64,000 nt of DNA. Origin: Mobula hypostoma (taxonomy: Eukaryota). A model generated the notes under the pieces. That model saw nothing but the letters and a program-made list of their open reading frames with translations, was not told the origin of the DNA and made no database searches. The stretch spans positions 166,720,001 to 166,784,000 of the forward strand of contig NC_086097.1 in NCBI RefSeq assembly GCF_963921235.1, read 5' to 3'. Below, one piece after another: positions 62,388 to 64,000 of this stretch; within the stretch, counting starts at the first letter, position 1; each line of letters starts with the position of its first letter. Position numbers and translations under genes: made by a program.

Positions 62388-64000
62388 CTGTGGGTAAAGT
62401 GAAAGAGAAACAGGAATGTTGTCAGTTGTGAAGGCGTATCTTTAGGCTGGGAAAAAGCTGGTTAGAAGTAGCTAGATCTGGAAGGAATAATTGTCCTAGC
62501 AATAGCTGGGTTGATATAAAGAGTGAGATAGGTTACATGGAGGAGAAAGCTGGGTATCTTAGCAACAAAAAGGATATGGGGACACAAGAGATGGCAGATG
62601 CTGGAATCCAGAGCAACGCACAAGATTCTGGAGGAACAACAGATCAGGCAGTAACTATGGACAGAAATGGACAGTACATGTTTTGGGTCAAGATCCTTCA
62701 TGGGGCATTGGAGTTGGAAGCTGAGTTCAAAATGGTGCTGTGAATGATCTCACCAAAAGTGCATCAGTGATGAGAGCAGGGGCAGTGATTGGAGACGAAC
62801 AAAATTTATGATTGGGAGCTGAAAGACAAGATCTTCTCAATTGTTATTTGTAAAGGGCTCATCCAAAATAGATGGCAGTTAAGGGGCAAGGGAGAAGCTA
62901 TACTTTATACTTTATTGTCGCCAAACAATTGATAGTAGAACGTACAATCATCACAGCGATATTTAATTCTGTGCTTCAGTTAAGAGAGGGGAAGACTTAG
63001 TCGAGATGAATGCTATCAGATAGTGGCTGCTGTCATCTGTTTTGCATAATGCCACTGAGGGTCAGCCTATGGAAATAAAGAAGTGAGCTAAAACAGTGCT
63101 GCAAAATTGGTGAGATTAGGAAATCTGACAATACTTAATGTTTAACTGACTCTTCTCCACATGTTATTTCTGCACCTTAATTTCAATTTATGGAAGCTTT
63201 CTCTCTAGAGGTGAGAGAATGGAGGGTTTTGACCTGAAACATTAACAGTTCTTTTCCTTCTGCAGATGCTGCTCAACCCAATGGGTTATTTGTTTCTCAC
63301 TTGTGCTGCCTTATTTTTTATCAGCAAAACTAAATTCTTCTTTTCACATTTTACATATATTTTCTTAAATTTGGTATCCTGCAACATTTAATTCACAACT
63401 TTGGTCACATTTTAACCATGTTTACACAATGCCTATTAAATCAAACCCATTTATCTCCATCTTCATTAAAGAAAAATTTATTTAGATATTGCCTTGCATG
63501 ATCTCAGTACTTTCCAAACATGCTACAGTTAATGAAGCATTTTTGATGAGAGCTCATTGTTGTAATTGAGTCTCTGCTCAGGAAGCCAGCATAAACAGCA
63601 AAATAATAATAATCAACTCTCTTTTTAAGTGTTGGTTGGGGATGGCTGTTAGATGGGATTCCTGGGTTAATTTATACTCCTCTTCTTCAAGTCAATGAAG
63701 GAATGCCTTGCATCCAATTAAGAAAGCAAACAGGACTTCAGTTCAATGCTGATCTGAAAGAGACAACTCCCAACAGTGCAGCATTCCATTGAAGTATTAC
63801 CCTTGACTGCTGTGCTCAATCCACAAACTTCTGAAGCAAGGGTGTCACAGGCTTTACAAAATATACCTTGGACACTTATTGAGATACATACACCTATTGT
63901 AAATGTGTTTGTGAAGAAAATTCACTTCACACATTCCCACTTACACTATCTGTACTACCATCCGTAACTAACCTCATTCATTACTGTTACTTACTTTTCT

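Noticed and set aside
1..64000. Prokaryote-type systems (CRISPR arrays, retrons, defence operons) suggested by the many RT ORFs
   Set aside because: All RT ORFs are vertebrate non-LTR retrotransposons in introns of a spliced gene; no repeat-spacer array or operon structure

Overview
Eukaryotic (vertebrate) genomic DNA. The repeat content (CR1, L1, Rex/L2-like, RTE, Penelope-like, Tc1/pogo) suggests a cartilaginous fish, probably a ray; this is an inference. The window is the interior of one large minus-strand gene, the mechanosensitive channel PIEZO2. I traced 15 consecutive GT-AG exons (62387 down to 602) that splice into one open frame with matching phases, from ICFLMTVNVIGQRMD to HRMDSTDSGASRDSLS. 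They include equivalents of the mammalian alternatively spliced exons 33 and 35 (numbering inferred). The introns are packed with transposon relics, several with readable target-site duplications (TSDs) and multi-level nesting. The most interesting signals are: (i) a TSD-bounded, inverted Penelope-like insertion with a minimal hammerhead-ribozyme motif on each strand, plus miniature hairpin derivatives; (ii) TE-free intronic islands holding candidate unannotated PIEZO2 cassette, poison and micro-exons and RBFOX motifs; (iii) a box C/D snoRNA-like motif antisense to the gene. I see no convincing wholly new multi-gene system. Comparisons to human and mouse proteins are from memory and need alignment.
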